DNA of 64,000 nucleotides from Cycas panzhihuaensis (taxonomy: Eukaryota; Plantae; Cycadophyta), in NCBI GenBank assembly GCA_023213395.1, contig CM041465.1, forward strand, positions 87,427,741 to 87,491,740, written 5' to 3'. A program made the translations under genes and the position numbers. This document shows positions 26,690 through 37,200 of the stretch, in pieces. The notes under the pieces were generated by a model. The model made no database searches and was not told the DNA's origin. It worked only from the letters and a program-made list of their open reading frames with translations. How positions within the stretch are numbered: position 1 is the first letter of the stretch; each line of letters begins with the position of its first letter.

Positions 26690-29600
26690 TCTTCAGCGCC
26701 CCTGCTCTCAAGGGGTATCATTTCTTGGTTAGCGTGACCCCTCCCCAGGAGACCACATACCTCCTAGGCTCCTTTGTCACCACTATGAGCTCACTGCCTT
26801 GCTCCCCTCGTCTTGGGGCCTCTTCGAGGTCATCGTCGTCATATGAGTTTGAGTTCTGCTCCATGACAACCTCGCAACCGTCTAGTCTACCAATTGATCG
26901 TATCATGTCTGGATATGATCCTTCTCTCCCTCCATTCCTCAGAGCTTCTCCTCTAGCACGGCTATCCTAATATAACTCTATACATTGTTGCCCACTACTC
27001 CTCCTTCTTGGGTCTCTAATACCTGGACCTGGCCTTGTAAAGTGTCTCTCTCCACGACTGCCTAGTCCCTCTCTGCATGGATCCTGTCCATCTCCCTCTG
27101 TAGTTGTCCTACCCTTGCTTGGTGCTATTGGGACTCCACTACCCATATATCCCTGGGCCTAATCAGTGGAGTGAATATCATTATATGTGTCCCCGCTGAT
27201 CGAGGCTCCTCTCTAGCATGGATGGGAGGTTATCCCTCCATGTAGACCAAGGGGAATACCTCATGGACTATCACCTCCTCCAATCTTGCCATCTTTGCTG
27301 CTCCTGCCAAATCACACACCATATGTTAGTCTATGCATCCATATATCAAAAACTCAAAACTAAATTAAAACAAGCTATCTAAGTGCCTAGTGGTTGAAAG
27401 ATGTTAGGAAAATAGAGTGTCTCACCTTCTGGGATGGCCAACTCCTTGACGCAGATGACCACCTCCTCCATGGGACCTTCCTCGGCTAATGGTACCTCCT
27501 CCTCAGCCTTGGGTACCACCTCGCCTACCTCCTGGCCTGACGAGACGTCTCCTCCTCCCTCTATCGTTATCGCCACTAGAGCTCTGCCTACCACCCGCAA
27601 TCTCGGTGCTGGTGTGCGGGGTGGTCTATCACCTCCTACAACCCCTAAGGGACCTGCCTCTCCTCCTGTAGCTCCTGATGGACTTACCACTTCTGATGGG
27701 CTTGCCCCATCACTGCCATCATCGTCACCTCCATCTCCAAGACTACCACCTAACCCTCCTACCTCGTCATCGCTATCCCAACGCACTCCTCTATATAGAT
27801 ATGTTATGTAGTCTGCCAGAGTGAGGAGGTCTAGCGATGTTGCCCCCATCGATTGCCTAATATGTGTTGAGAAGATAAGGTCCTAAACCTTAAACCGCCA
27901 CCAAGATCTAAACTATTCTTGCAACTAGTTATAGGAATCGAAACTAAAATTTAACATGTAAGTTCTTAAACCAGAGATAAAACAATAAAATAAACAAGAA
28001 AGCCAAGCATCATATATACACCCGATATAACGTGGTAAAATCCTAGCAGTGTGCTAGGGAAATATCCACACAGGAAAGGTATTGATCTTTATTGTCAAAG
28101 AATGGAGAAAATGTACATAATCTGTAGTAGAGTACTCACAGCAACAACAACTAGCGGCCCAACTCCTCACAGTACATTCAACACTATCAACATGATGAAA
28201 AATATCCTAAATCAGGCTACATGAGAGAGTCATACAAGGCACAAATATCGACCATAGAATCTAGGGTATTTTGAGTGAACAACCCTAATTCTCTTTACAA
28301 TTTAATATACTTTTCAGTGCTAGATTTTTGGGTCGGGGGCTATCGCCCCTGAACCCCCTCTTTGTGGGGGGCGTTCCATGCCTCCCATATCCCCTTGATT
28401 AAGAGGGTCTCCTGCCCTCCTTAGAACCCCCGAGATAGGTTTGAGGGGGAGACTGTGCTACCAACCTGTTAAAATTTTAGCCTTCGAACCATTGCTATCA
28501 CATTACCTAATAATATATACCTGGTCCTCAGTCCCCCTGAACCGAGTCTGTCACCTGTGCACCATGGGGGGCCGTGCTGAGATAGGGTGAGGTCCTCCTG
28601 GTGGTGCTAATGCCCCAAAATGATTGGAAAACCAGCACTACAATAAAGTACAATAAGAAACTCCTCCTCTCCCTGCCACCCTGATAGCATTATGTTGTGA
28701 GACCATGCTAGCCGCTATCAAGGCGGCCCAATCCAATCTCTTCTCGGCCTCACACCTCCTAACCGTGCCCATCCATCCGCTAGGTATGTCCTTGTAATTT
28801 TGTTTCCAGGCAATTTGAAACAAAATGTCCAATGTAATAAGTTTCTTCACTTGAGGAATTTATGACATCACCATCATTTGGAATGATATCCCTCGCCAGT
28901 CCCACCTGCCCTTGCCAATGAAGTATGCGGCTGCCTCCGTGTATGTAACATCCATACTAGGTAGTGTCCCTAATAATGCTAACGCTCCTCCTGCCAGTAC
29001 TCCTAGGATACTCCTGATGTCTCCTAGTATTATAGTGATGTCTCCCACCTAGGGAAGGTGGAAGACATACCACATGTGATCCCAATAGGAGACTATATCC
29101 ACCAAGAGGCGTTGATCCAACACATACTATGGGGTCCTAATGATCTTCAATAACCCACATCGCCCCAATGTCTATCTATCTCCTCATGATATCATCTCTA
29201 TGAAGCTCATCATGGCGACTCCTATGTTCTCGCGATTGTCCACTGTGATAACTACCTACAAAAAACCACCCAAGAGTCAGTCAAAACACTCCATGCAATG
29301 CTTAGTTGCTCTCTAGTTGCCTCATGCCCTTTCGAGCTAAGTTTAGCACCTCCATGGGCTCTCTTTCTTCTTTTTCTCCTTATGTTCCTTTGCCCCATGT
29401 CAAACTCTGCGATATCGCGGAGTTTGACACATGACCTGCTGAGATTTTAGCATCACCTCAGCGGCCCCGCAACAAACTCTACGACACCATGATCTTTGCC
29501 ACATGGCCCTTCCTAACCCTCGTAAAAAAGGGGGGATGCCCCAAAAATCTAAATTTTTGGTCTAAGTGGGCCAAAGCCAAGCCCAGTGGGACCATGGCTA

Positions 29601-29775
29601 CCTAATACCCTGGTCCTCCCCCTCTTTTGGCCCAAACTGAGCTCTAGAGGGTGCCAAATCGCCCTTAAAGGGCCAAAAACTAGTTCTAAAAGTATAAAAA
29701 GCCATTAATTTCAATTGGTGAAATGGAAAGGGTAGGGGGCGATCCACTCATTAGATCTAGCCTAGCTACCGCCAT
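26690..29775 (-). pseudogene. Antisense three-exon gene of A: Plant Mobile Domain + low-complexity linker + coiled coil (exon 1 29775-29752, exon 2 29255-27426 split by a solo LTR, exon 3 27303-~26690)
   Basis: PMD-like motifs DQRLLVDIVSYW..VFHLP*VGDITIILGDIRSILG and DWAALIAASM..YCTLL*CWFSNH. Splice sites keep the frame (phase 0 and phase 1). 3' end approximate. Confidence 0.8.
27865..28512 (-). mobile_element. Solo LTR (648 bp, Copia-like) inserted in PMD exon 2 of A
   Basis: Termini TGTTGAG...CCTAATA; 5-bp TSD ATATG/ATATA. Removing it restores exact length colinearity with D 54786-54813. Strand and superfamily are tentative. Confidence 0.85.
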
Positions 29776-29929
29776 CTCGTCGCTCTGGTTGTATCAATTG
29801 TCTCTACTCCTTGATCCATCGAATCTCTTGTTGCGTGCCTCTGAATCGGGTAGTGCTTCGCTGTGTAAGGAAAGGGCTCCAGATCAATCGTGAGCTTGTG
29901 AAAATGAACTTTGTTTTCACTTGTTTTCC

Positions 29930-29937
29930 TTTATATA
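29930..29937 (-). promoter_or_regulatory. Putative TATA box of the antisense PMD gene (A)
   Basis: TATATAAA on the minus strand ~155 bp upstream of the exon 1 ATG; conserved in D at 56225-56232. Confidence 0.6.
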
Positions 29938-30502
29938 CGTGGGGGGCCCGACGGGCACTTTCTCCTTTTCTTTTATTGCAACAACCCTTATGACCATCCT
30001 TTCACCTATATTATTTTTGCGTTCTAGGCCCATCCCCTATTTCGTCTCTGCGGTCTCTGTTTTAAGCCTCTTTGGTGTATTTATGACAACTCCTTTAGTC
30101 TCTCGCAAACCTCTTCCATCTTGATTTTCGTACCACTCTAAAATATACATATGTTTATACTCATTTGGCTCGTTTCTCCACCTTGAATCTATTTTTGCTG
30201 TTCGTCTAAGACTTTAGGGCTCCTAAAGGAAGCGCCTCCCCATTCAGGACCTCAATTTGGCCCTTTTAGCAACCTTTGGGACCCTGAAGGGGCTTTTTCG
30301 CCGTTGTTTCCTTCCCTTTCATTGGGTTAGTCCCCTCGCCTCTAGGTAGCCTCTTTTTAGGACTCTCTCGTCCTTCATGTTCCTTACTCACAACCTTCTG
30401 AGTGCTTCGTAACCCTATCGCTACCTCTCACACCTTTCTTTGCTTATCGACCCCGTTGTCATTTTCTTTTCCATTGTTTGACGAAACTCTCAACTCCTCG
30501 CT

Positions 30503-30924
30503 ATGACATTGCTCATCTTCACCAATGGAGGAAGTCGTGGTAACCCACGCCCTTTCACTGTCATGTGGATCCTCCATGACCCCTTTGGATACAACTTCAT
30601 GCATTTTGGCATCTTCCTTCTCGAAGACACCAATAATGAAGCTGAGTACATAACCATTTTGAAATCCTTACTGATGCGCTCCATTGCTACCACGGTCCCG
30701 TCGTCTTGCTTTATGACTCTCAGGTCATTATGTTACATCTCACCCAAGTTTACCAGGTGCGTTGCCCACGCTTGAGAGCCCTCGTCTCAACCGTTAGGTC
30801 TCTCTTGTCTCATTTTTCTTCTGTAGATATCTGAGACATTCCCCGAGACCATAATATTGAGGCAGAGAGCCTTGTCCATCTCATCCTTGAGCGTCATCTC
30901 CCTCTCCTCGACGATCCCCCTTGA
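30503..30924 (+). pseudogene. Stand-alone archaeal-type RNase H (aRH) of A, one frameshift
   Basis: IFTNGGSRGNP..TNNEAEY..YDSQ..IPRDHNIEAESL; 422 bp versus 423 bp in D. Confidence 0.85.
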
Positions 30925-31407
30925 GAAACCTTATCATGTTGCCTAGGCACCTTGGTTCAAGATCATTCCATCCTCCATCTTGAGATCCATTCGCACCTCC
31001 GAAAGCTAGCCACTAATGAGGTTAAACTATGATGGCCATCAATTTTATGCCATTTACTCTATCCTTCATACCACCCCAGTACGAAGCTCCCATTACTTTA
31101 ACTCTCATATGTACATATCTTTCATTTGTAGTATTTGATTGATCATATTCATGACTATCACCACCATTCATCTTGCATACATGTGATGGGGGCAACCTCC
31201 TCATCCACCCTCTTTATTATTAGATTCTAGGGCGATGCATAGGCAACCCTTATGCCACCCCGCTCTTCTCGCTATCCACGCATTCTGCCATGACACTTGC
31301 CGTCACCCTTGGTTGATGACACTGTTATGTTTGTTGTATATTACTAATCTTTGTGTTGCTAGCATTTTCCATCGTGTTACGCTTCCAAGCAGTGAGGGTC
31401 TGATACC

Positions 31408-31417
31408 AAGGGGGCAG
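31408..31417 (+). promoter_or_regulatory. Polypurine tract of A
   Basis: AAGGGGGCAG directly before the LTR TG; AAGGGGGCAA in D at 57718-57727. Confidence 0.85.
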
Positions 31418-34296
31418 TGTTTTTTAGCTATCTAGAATGGACATGGGCGACTCAACTCAGGTAAGTTTAGGTATGCTTCTATCTTTCTCGTTTGTCAGTC
31501 CCAAAACAGTCGATCGAGGCATGTTACCCATATTACATTCTGATGGGTTAATCAGTATGATCACTATGCATTGTTGCTTGACCATATTACATCTCAAAGA
31601 TCCTTTTAGCCTATGACAATCTAGGATACATATCCCATGGTGCTCCACAACCTCCACGTATCTCCATGATGTCCCCGAGTAATGCCGGCTCTCGTAGCCC
31701 TTATTACGTTGTCTATTGGTATGACAGTCCCTAGCATTTCGCCTAGACCTGGTCGTCACACCATGTATGCAGTTTGTCACTTTTTGGGAGTCTTTGACCA
31801 TTATTTTCCTGCTTGTTATGGTCCTGCTAGGTCTCATAACCTCCTTGCTACTTAGATACTGTAGCATGCCCCTTACGGTTTAGGATTTCCCCCCTTTTTT
31901 GGGAGCTTTTGGGCTCCCCTACTCTTCTTTTTACCTTACTTTTGCCTGCACCATAGTAAACTTTGCGGTACCATTGCAAACTTCATGGTACTGCTAAGTT
32001 TATTGTAGGGTGACTGTTCATAACTTTTTTTTTTAACTGCCTGCGGTTAATTTCATATTTATTGCGAAATTACCATGTGGCAATGACTTGACTCCTGCCT
32101 AAGGTGAACCCTAATCGCTCGTTGAGCTCGGGTTAGGCTTAAAAACCTAAAATTTACTTCATTTTGGTCTCTTCTCATCTATTTTTCACTACTCTCTTCT
32201 CCAAAAATGCCCTATAACAGACTCAAGCTTTGTTGCACCTGACTAACAACCCAACTACCAGCCCCTTGCAGCTCAGGAAACGCAGATTATAGGTCTGCAA
32301 TAATGATGGTTGAAGAAGGATCACACTCCAAATGCCTCACCAAGCTCCAAGTCTCCTTTTGCTTAAGGTTTTGTTTTCCATTTGCTACACTACAAGGGTT
32401 TCCTCCAACAAACCCTAAAGGACCCTCTTCTTCACCCAATTTACTAAGTAGATCTGCTTCAGATCTACCTTTACCAAGTACTCTCAGATTAGTCCTTTGA
32501 TTTTCCTTTTGAACAACATAGGTACTCTTCCACTAGTGCTTCTTGTAGTAAGTTTCTTTCTTCTTTTCTTTATCATATTGGGAGGTAAACCTCCCTCTTA
32601 TTGGCCTGTCCACATACTCTCTCTTGGCTTTCTTTGGGTTCTTCAAGGAGGCAGTAGGGAAGAGGGTTATACGGAGAGCGAAAGGAGCCATAGGTAGGGT
32701 CTTGTACCTAACACACCTTCTCCTTAAGGGCAGGCCCCTTCTCTCATCCCCTCTTCTTCTCCATACCTCCCTTGATTTCCCAGAGAACCATTGAGGAGAA
32801 GATCTTTGCTTGTGGCGATGTAGGTAGCCTTTTGCTGTGTTTGTAAATGGCCATCGAAGATCCTACATATCCTAGCTTCTTGCCCTATATAATACCTCTT
32901 TAGCTCAAGGGTTAGTTCTTGTAAAAACCTGCAGAAGTTGCACTTTGCAACTTTTGCAACATTTATAATTTTTGCAATCCCTTTTACCCTTTGTCTTGGT
33001 GCTTGGGGATAGCATGGAGCATTTTAGATTTAAAGGGTTAGCCATCCTGAGGCTACCCACTTTTCTCCTTTTCACCCCCCTTCCCACATCACACAATTAA
33101 TTGTGTATGCGAAACAAGAAAAAGTATTAATGTAGAATGCTTTTTCTTTCAAAAGAGATATACGTATTTTGGCATATTTCCTTACACATACTTCTCCCAG
33201 CATGCGTTGGGTGCCCCTTAGGAAAGGGAAAACTTTGTTTGTGCAGGATTCCTTGCATTTGGAGTAAGCGGGGATCTTCATCCCAGGTATGCTCCTCTTT
33301 CACTTAGTAGTTACTTTTTCGGCAGTTTAAAAAATTATAAAGTAAAGTCATTTTAGTGTTTCCATTTCCTTCCTTCACATTTTCCTTTTGTTTTGGTTTT
33401 GGGAGAAGGTAAGGAAGCCCCTCCTTTTCACTGGCATCCTTTCCATTGCGCCACCTGTGCCAAGGGGAAGGGCAAGGATTGCGAAAGTGGTAAGGTTAGT
33501 GCTACCCTGACTATCATATTTCTGAGTACATCTCTCTCCATAGTCTTCCTACTCGTATCCTTTACTCCCCTTTTCTTATATGCCCCTAAACAAAAGGAAA
33601 AGAAAAGGATTACGTTGTTTTACACTTTATTGGTTGTTCCTTGCTTGCCCATTTAAATTCATATAGTTGGGGATTTAGTCAACCCGCACCGGTAGGTGCT
33701 TCCCTTCTCTTTTGACACACATACATCCACTTATTTACTCTCTTTATAAGAGCCTTTACCCTTACCAAAGCTAAGGCAAGTGTAGGCACTCATCCATATA
33801 CGCTCTTGTCCCCTTATTGCATATCATGAAATAACTTTACATCTCTTGCTTCAGCTTTTTACCTACTTAGTAATTTGCTTGCTTTCTTTCCTTGCATATG
33901 AAAGAATAAAGAGAGCGAGGTTGCATCTAGAGAGAGAGAGGAAGAATACATTGTTTTCTTTTAAAGTTATTTCTTGCATACACAAGCATGACATTCCTAT
34001 TTTATATCTCTCTATCACACAACAAAAGAAAGATAAGCATAAGATAATACCCTTTGTCAACCCTTCATACCTAGAACCTCCTTACGTATTATGCTTTGAA
34101 AGTACCTCCTCTCAAGGGTGTTTTTTTTCTTCTTTCTTTGTTTCCCCAAGCTAGACCTCTTAGGTTCTGTCCTTTGGTCGACACTTGGTTTGTGGGACCA
34201 GTCGCTCTCTTGTCTACTTACATTGTAAGTTGTCTTAGGCTTGCACGTGAGTTTCTCCTCCTTTTTGCTAAGGGTCATTTCCTTCGTTACCTCTCA
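31418..34296 (+). repeat. 3' LTR of A, missing the last ~315 bp
   Basis: Direct repeat of 15772-~18686 (7 differences in a 60-bp sample); breaks into minus-strand integrase at ~34297. Confidence 0.9.
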
Positions 34297-37200
34297 TAAA
34301 CTAAGGAGAACGGAGTCATTCCCATAGCCGCAGGAATAAAGGTACAATAGGCCCATAAGGTGGAAGGGAGCTGGAGGTGCCAATCTCTTTGAGATTGGGC
34401 AACGATTTTCTTTAGGATGTTGATGAGAGTTTGGTTGAATGATTCAACCTGACCATTTGCCTAGAGGTAATAAGGAGAAGAGGTTTTGTGAGAGATTTTG
34501 AATTTCTCACAAAGTTTATCCATCTCCTTGTTACAAAAAGAGTTCCGCTGTTCATAATCAAGACGTCAGGAATCCCAAAGCAGCAAATGATATGCTGGTA
34601 GACGAAAGTAGCTATCGTCTTACTAGGGGTAGTGATCAAGGGAATGGCTTCCGCCCATTTTGTAAAGTACTATGTGACAGTCAAGATGAACTTGTGCTGT
34701 GATGAAGAGGAGAGTGATATGGCCCCGATGAGGTCTAAACCCCATTCACCCATGGAGATACGATGGGATAAAGAGCATCAGAGGGCACATGGGTAATGTT
34801 GGCATGCTCTTGGCATCGCCGACATCTCAAGGCGTAGGCATGGGCGTCCTTAAAGAGGGATGACCAATAATAGCCCATACGAAGGATCCTCTAGGCTATG
34901 GATTGGCCCCCAAAGTGGCCCTCACAAGTGCCATGGTGGCATTCACAGAGTATCTGGTATGCTTCATCGAGAGTGACGTAACAGAGGAGGATCCTGTCAA
35001 AGGATCTCTTGTACAATACTTCATCCATAAGGAAGTATTGCCTAGCGATGGTCTGAATATGTGACCTAACCTTGTTACTAGCTTCGGGCGCATTACTATC
35101 GAGTAAGGTCTCGCGACGATGTCACCATACCACTCATTATCAATGAGTGGATAGGAAGGAGTGCCCTGAATAGTCAAGATATACTCATCAGGAAGAGAGT
35201 CGTCAATGGGAGCATCGAGCAAGTTAGGGATATGGGCATTTGCAAGCTGTTTTGCCACTACTATCCCCTTCTTCGATTTCTTGTTGACGATATGGAGATC
35301 AAATTCCTGAAGGAGGACAGCCCAGTGACCAGTCCTACCTATTAGGTTGAAGCGAGTAAGTAAATAGCGCAAGGGATCGAATTGAACGATCACCTTGGTA
35401 GTATTTTTGAGCAAGTAGTATCTAAACTTCTTGGTTGCATGAACTAAGGAGAGGCATTCCTTCTCAGCTCGAGAGTAGTTAAGTTCGGCAGCCACAAGGG
35501 TGCGACTGATAAAGTAAATAGCTTTCTCAGTTCCCGAATCGTCCTCCTAGGCCAGCATAGCGCCCAAGGACTTATTGGTCCCCGAGGTATATAGGATGAA
35601 GGGCCACTGTCGGAGTGGAAGCAAGGGCTTCCTTAAGTCCTTCGAAAGCTTGTTAGGCCTTAGCCGACCAAACAAATGGGGCTTCCTTCTTTAATAGGTT
35701 AGTAAGAAGTTTAGTGTTCATGGCAAAGTTTGCCAAGAAATGCCTAAGGAATCTGAGCCTACCTAAAAATAACTTAATCTGTCATTGAGTTCTAGGCGGC
35801 GGTATGTCAAGGATTGCCTTGACTTTGTCGGGGTCAATTTAAATTCCTTGTTTTGACATGAGGAAACCAAGGAATTTGCCAGAAGTGATGGTGAATATGC
35901 ATTTGAGCGGATTGAGACTTACGTGGCACTTGTGGCATCGTGTGAAGATGGCCCACAAGTGGTCAAGGGTGATGGGCTCTAACGCGTGAGAGACCCATCA
36001 TATCACCCATAAAGACCTCCAACGTGTTGTTGATAAGGTCATGAAAGATGAAGTGTATCACCCTTTGATAAGTGGCACCTGTATTTTTCAATCCAAAGGG
36101 CATCACCTTATAGGCGAAGGTACCCCACAGGGTGGTGAAGGCCATCTTATGACAGTCTTCAGGAGAGATTTGAATTTGATTATAACCGGAGAAGCCATCC
36201 ATCAAGGATATGACTTTGAAACTAGCGGTTCAATCGATGATCTGGTCAATAAAAGGAGTGGGAAATTATCGTTAGCGCATGCGTTGTTGATGTCACGGAA
36301 GTCAACACATATCTGGATAGTCCCGTTCTCTTTTGCAACAGGAACAATGTTAGATACCCATTTAGTATAGTCGATGGAAGTGATGAGTCATGCATCTAGG
36401 AGTTTCTCAACCTCCATTTTGACGGTGGCTGAGAGTTTGGGATGAAGTGGGCATTGCCTCTGGCACACGGGGCAAGCACTAGGAATTGTGGTAAGGTTGT
36501 GGGTGACAATAGAGGGCTCGATTCCCTTTATGTCAGAATAGTCCTACGCAAAAACATTGCAAAACTCTTAGAACAAAAAGGAGTATTCCTTTACCTTATC
36601 AAGAGAACATTCAGCCCCCACCTTAATGACCTTACTTGGGGCGAGGATTATGTCCTGGGTTGCCCCCATGCACATGGCATTCCCCTCCTCGAAGTGAATG
36701 GGGGGAAAGGTCGACGGGTGGAGCCGGAACAGGAGATGGGATTGGGTTAGCAAGGGTAGACCCAATCACTTAGACCTTCTAGTAGCCAAGTCTATGGTGA
36801 CCAGAAGGAAGGTTGGGCGTGGAGCTTGCTAGGTGCTCGAGTAGAGCCTCATCGTCCTCAAAGTAATCCATGCCGTGGATGACCTTACTTCGAATAGACG
36901 AGGCGTGAGAGGAAGTGGGAGCAACAGGACCATGGTGGTCGACAAGCTGCCCAACATCCCCAAGAGACTCTAAGGAAGAGTCAAGAAGGGACCCCTCGTA
37001 AGGGGCAAAAGGAAGTTCTCCGGATTCATCACCCGTGGGGGGCAATGAAGAGGAAGACTCAAGGATCGGTGGATTGACACGAGCAATAACATGCGAGACA
37101 AGGATGACTGCCTCCAACGAGAGGGGTTCTAAGTCGACCTAAAACAAAGAGAGTGCCTCCTACTGGTGCGAAGAAAGGAAACAAGATGAGGAAGGTCCTC

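Larger units (their letters stand above)
15772..34296 (+). mobile_element. Element A: near-complete Tat-group (TatIII-like) Gypsy LTR retrotransposon; 3' LTR truncated
   Basis: 5' LTR 15772-19000, PBS, gag-PR-RT-RH-INT, antisense PMD gene, stand-alone aRH, PPT, 3' LTR 31418-34296. Confidence 0.93.

Noticed and set aside
28520-29255. PMD sequence as a host MAIN/MAIL-like gene
   Set aside because: It occupies the same internal position in four retrotransposon copies, so it is element cargo.
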